Source: Agathobacter sp.
Lineage (GTDB): Bacteria > Bacillota > Clostridia > Lachnospirales > Lachnospiraceae
Direction of reading: 5' to 3'
Assembly (NCBI GenBank): GCA_963651635.1
Contig: CAVJQN010000063.1
Location: forward strand, 1-29,676
Length of the DNA stretch: 29,676 nucleotides
The position numbers and the translations under genes were made by a program. The notes beneath the pieces were generated by a model, which saw only the letters and a program-made list of their open reading frames with translations, ran no database searches and was not told the DNA's origin. Position 1 is the stretch's first letter. Every line of letters starts with the position of its first letter. This document shows, one piece after another, positions 27,277-29,676 of this stretch.

Positions 27277-28293
27277 GTGAACGATGTGATAAATAAGCCG
27301 CTGCTGGAAGTGAAAAATCTAAAAAAATACTTCGATATCAAGGGCAAGGGCTACCTCCACGCTATCGATGGTGTCGATCTTGAGATATATCCGGGCAAGA
27401 CTCTCGGTCTGGTCGGCGAGTCCGGATGCGGCAAATCTACGGTCGGCAATGTAATCATGAAGCTGCTTGAGCCCACAGAGGGCAGCATAGCGTTTGACGG
27501 CGAGGACGTGGTCGGCGCTACAGGCGACAGGCTGATGGAATACAGGAAAAATGTACAGATCATCTTTCAGGATCCGTATTCCAGCCTGAACCCGCGCAAG
27601 ACCGTCAGATCCATACTGTCGGAGTCCTATATCATCCATGGGATGAAAAAAGGGCCGGAGCTGGACGAAAAGATCCGTGATCTGATAGCCGAATGCGGTA
27701 TCGAGGAATATGTACTGGATCTGTACCCGCATGAGCTGGACGGCGGGCGTCGTCAGCTCTGCGGTATCGCCCGGGCGCTGTCGCTGGATCCGCGATTTAT
27801 CGTATGCGATGAGCCGGTCTCCGCGCTGGATGTCTCCATACAGGCGACTATAATCAATCTGCTGATGGATCTGCAGGAGAGGAAGGGGCTGTCGTATCTG
27901 TTCATCTCCCATGATCTGAGCGTAGTGCGCCATATCTCCGACGAGATAGCTGTCATGTATCTGGGACAGATTGCCGAAAAAGCGGATAAGCGCACCATGT
28001 TTGCTCATCCGATGCACCCGTACTCTATCGCGCTGCTGAGCGCCGTACCCAAGGTTGACTTCAAGAACAAGTCCAAGCGCATCGTGCTGACAGGCGATGT
28101 GCCGAGTCCTATCGACCCGCCGAAGGGATGCCGCTTTGCCAAGAGATGCTGGATGGCGCAGGAGCGTTGTCACGAGGAATGTCCCTCGCTGCGCAAGGTG
28201 GGAGAAGGTCATCTGGTTGCGTGTCACTATGCGGAGTCGTCTCGGGAGCGGCTGCAGGAATATATGCAGAAGGCGGAGTCCGAGGATATATGA
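27277..28293 (+). CDS. Opp/Dpp-type ABC ATP-binding subunit (F subunit)
   Basis: GTG start after [43 protein letters not shown]. Confidence 0.95.
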   Translation: MNDVINKPLLEVKNLKKYFDIKGKGYLHAIDGVDLEIYPGKTLGLVGESGCGKSTVGNVIMKLLEPTEGSIAFDGEDVVGATGDRLMEYRKNVQIIFQDPYSSLNPRKTVRSILSESYIIHGMKKGPELDEKIRDLIAECGIEEYVLDLYPHELDGGRRQLCGIARALSLDPRFIVCDEPVSALDVSIQATIINLLMDLQERKGLSYLFISHDLSVVRHISDEIAVMYLGQIAEKADKRTMFAHPMHPYSIALLSAVPKVDFKNKSKRIVLTGDVPSPIDPPKGCRFAKRCWMAQERCHEECPSLRKVGEGHLVACHYAESSRERLQEYMQKAESEDI

Positions 28294-29441
28294 AAGCAGA
28301 CTATTTGATAAAGGGCGGCACGGTCATCGATCCTGCACGCCATATTGAGGCGGCAGAGGATATAGCCGTAGCAGGAAACAAGATCATCGAAGCATCCCTC
28401 GCTGACGGTGCGGTCAATGTCATAGATGCATCAGGCTGCATCGTGACGCCGGGTCTGATAGATTTTCATACCCACCTCTTTCACTCCGGCAGCACAGCCG
28501 GAGTGTGCGCCGATATGCTGGCAGCGCAGGGCGTCACGGCAGCGGTCGATGCAGGAAGTGCCGGTACATCCAATTTTGAAGCATACTTCAGGTCGGATGT
28601 GGTAAGCAGCTCTCTGCGGCTTAAGAGCTATCTGCTGCCCTTCTGTGCCGGTCAGGTCAGCTTCACAGTGCAGGAGGATTACGATCCTGATAAATACGAC
28701 CTGCGGGAGCTGCACCGCCTGTTTGACAAGTACCCTCAGCAGCTGCTGGGACTGAAGGTGAAGTTCTCCAAGGGGGCATTTCCGGATGATGAGGCTCTGG
28801 CTCTTTCCTACCTCAAGGCTGTGATAGATATCGCCGATGATATACCCGGATGCAGTGTCTGCGTCCATGTGACTGACGCGGCGGCGCCTGCTCCGCAGAT
28901 TGCAGGACTTCTGCGGGCCGGAGACATCTACTGCCACTGCTACAACGGGCGCGGATATACCATCTATGATGAATCAGGGCATATATACCCTGAGATACTG
29001 GAGGCCAGACGCCGCGGTGTCATCTTCGATGCTTCAAACGGGTACGGCAACTTCGCGCTGTCAATAGCCGCTGCTGCCGTCAGGGACGGCTTTGCCCCCG
29101 ATGTGATCAGCACCGATATAACATCCATGCATGCCAACAGACCCGGCTTCGTCAAGAGTCTGCCGTATGTCCTGTCCAAATATCTCGCACTCGGCATGGA
29201 GCTGTCTGATATAATCAAAGTAGCGACCGCAACTCCGGCACGGCTGATGCATATGGACGGCAGTATAGGAACTCTGACGCCGGGCGCATATGCCGATATA
29301 GCGATCATGAAGAAAAAGGACGTTTCTGTCACATTTCGTGACATACTTGGAGGTGAGCTGAAGGGCAGTAGTCTGCTGGTTCCGCAGCTGACCATGCTGG
29401 GCGGGATGCCAATCTATTGCCAGACTGACTTCTGGTGCTGA
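28290..29441 (+). CDS. Amidohydrolase-superfamily metallohydrolase, COG3964-like (dihydroorotase-like deacetylase)
   Basis: Start moved to [10 protein letters not shown] (28290, ATGA overlap with the upstream stop); PGLIDFHTH, GVT.AVDAGSAG, GLK (carboxylated Lys), CVH, HCY, ISTD, T..PA. Confidence 0.88.
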   Translation: MKADYLIKGGTVIDPARHIEAAEDIAVAGNKIIEASLADGAVNVIDASGCIVTPGLIDFHTHLFHSGSTAGVCADMLAAQGVTAAVDAGSAGTSNFEAYFRSDVVSSSLRLKSYLLPFCAGQVSFTVQEDYDPDKYDLRELHRLFDKYPQQLLGLKVKFSKGAFPDDEALALSYLKAVIDIADDIPGCSVCVHVTDAAAPAPQIAGLLRAGDIYCHCYNGRGYTIYDESGHIYPEILEARRRGVIFDASNGYGNFALSIAAAAVRDGFAPDVISTDITSMHANRPGFVKSLPYVLSKYLALGMELSDIIKVATATPARLMHMDGSIGTLTPGAYADIAIMKKKDVSVTFRDILGGELKGSSLLVPQLTMLGGMPIYCQTDFWC

Positions 29442-29456
29442 GAGAGGAGGAAAACT

Positions 29457-29676
29457 ATGGAATACAATGCATTTAAGCTCAGGTGGTTTGTCGAAAACTG
29501 CTGTGAGATCAAGCTGCCGAGCGGCAGGACTATCGTCATAGATCCGATGCTGAGCAAGGATCCGGATACCGACGATATGTGGAAAAAGAAGTTTTATTCG
29601 GGCTTTGGCGTGGAGGATCTGGAGGGCTGCGACACCGTCATCCTCAGCCATATACACGGAGATCATATCTCATCTC
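29457..29676 (+). CDS. Metallo-beta-lactamase-fold hydrolase (UlaG-like), 5' part only, runs off the window
   Basis: Not in the ORF track. GAGGAGG RBS, then MEYNAFKLRWFVENCCEIKLPSGRTIVIDPML...CDTVILSHIHGDHISS; IDP and HxHxDH motifs. Confidence 0.85.
   Translation, partial: MEYNAFKLRWFVENCCEIKLPSGRTIVIDPMLSKDPDTDDMWKKKFYSGFGVEDLEGCDTVILSHIHGDHISS

Noticed and set aside
28290..29441. Calling this gene dihydroorotase (pyrC)
   Set aside because: Lacks the HxHxR substrate Arg of true dihydroorotases (reads HTHLF); no pyr context
27319..29666. Minus-strand ORFs 27319-28227, 28431-28937 and 29061-29666
   Set aside because: Shadows of the ATPase, amidohydrolase and MBL genes

Overview
Window from a fairly GC-rich bacterium, probably a monoderm anaerobe (Clostridia-like): lipoprotein solute-binding proteins with long flexible tethers, sigma-A-like promoters, YybS and PatB homologues. 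Three housekeeping-type genes (a DUF2232/YybS membrane protein, uppP, eno) frame two accessory uptake/catabolism loci. Locus 1 (2287-18794) is a divergon. Its leftward arm is a ~14 kb, 12-gene operon: RraA/HMG-aldolase, DUF1932-type beta-hydroxyacid dehydrogenase, D-cysteine-desulfhydrase-family PLP enzyme, M20 amidohydrolase, two tandem ~85%-identical family-5 SBPs, Opp/Dpp BCDF, PatB/MalY C-S lyase and an M24 peptidase. Its rightward arm has two more RraA/HMG-aldolase paralogues and an RpiR regulator. Four copies of a 16-bp operator-like motif overlap the two divergent promoters. Locus 2 (20417 to the end) is a membrane-anchored AraC (YesS-like) regulator divergent from a second Opp/Dpp-type ABC system, a COG3964-like amidohydrolase and a metallo-beta-lactamase-fold gene cut by the window edge. 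I saw no rRNA, tRNA, CRISPR array, transposase or integrase. The best candidate for an undescribed system is locus 1, a catabolic pathway for an unknown, probably sulfur-amino-acid-containing conjugate.
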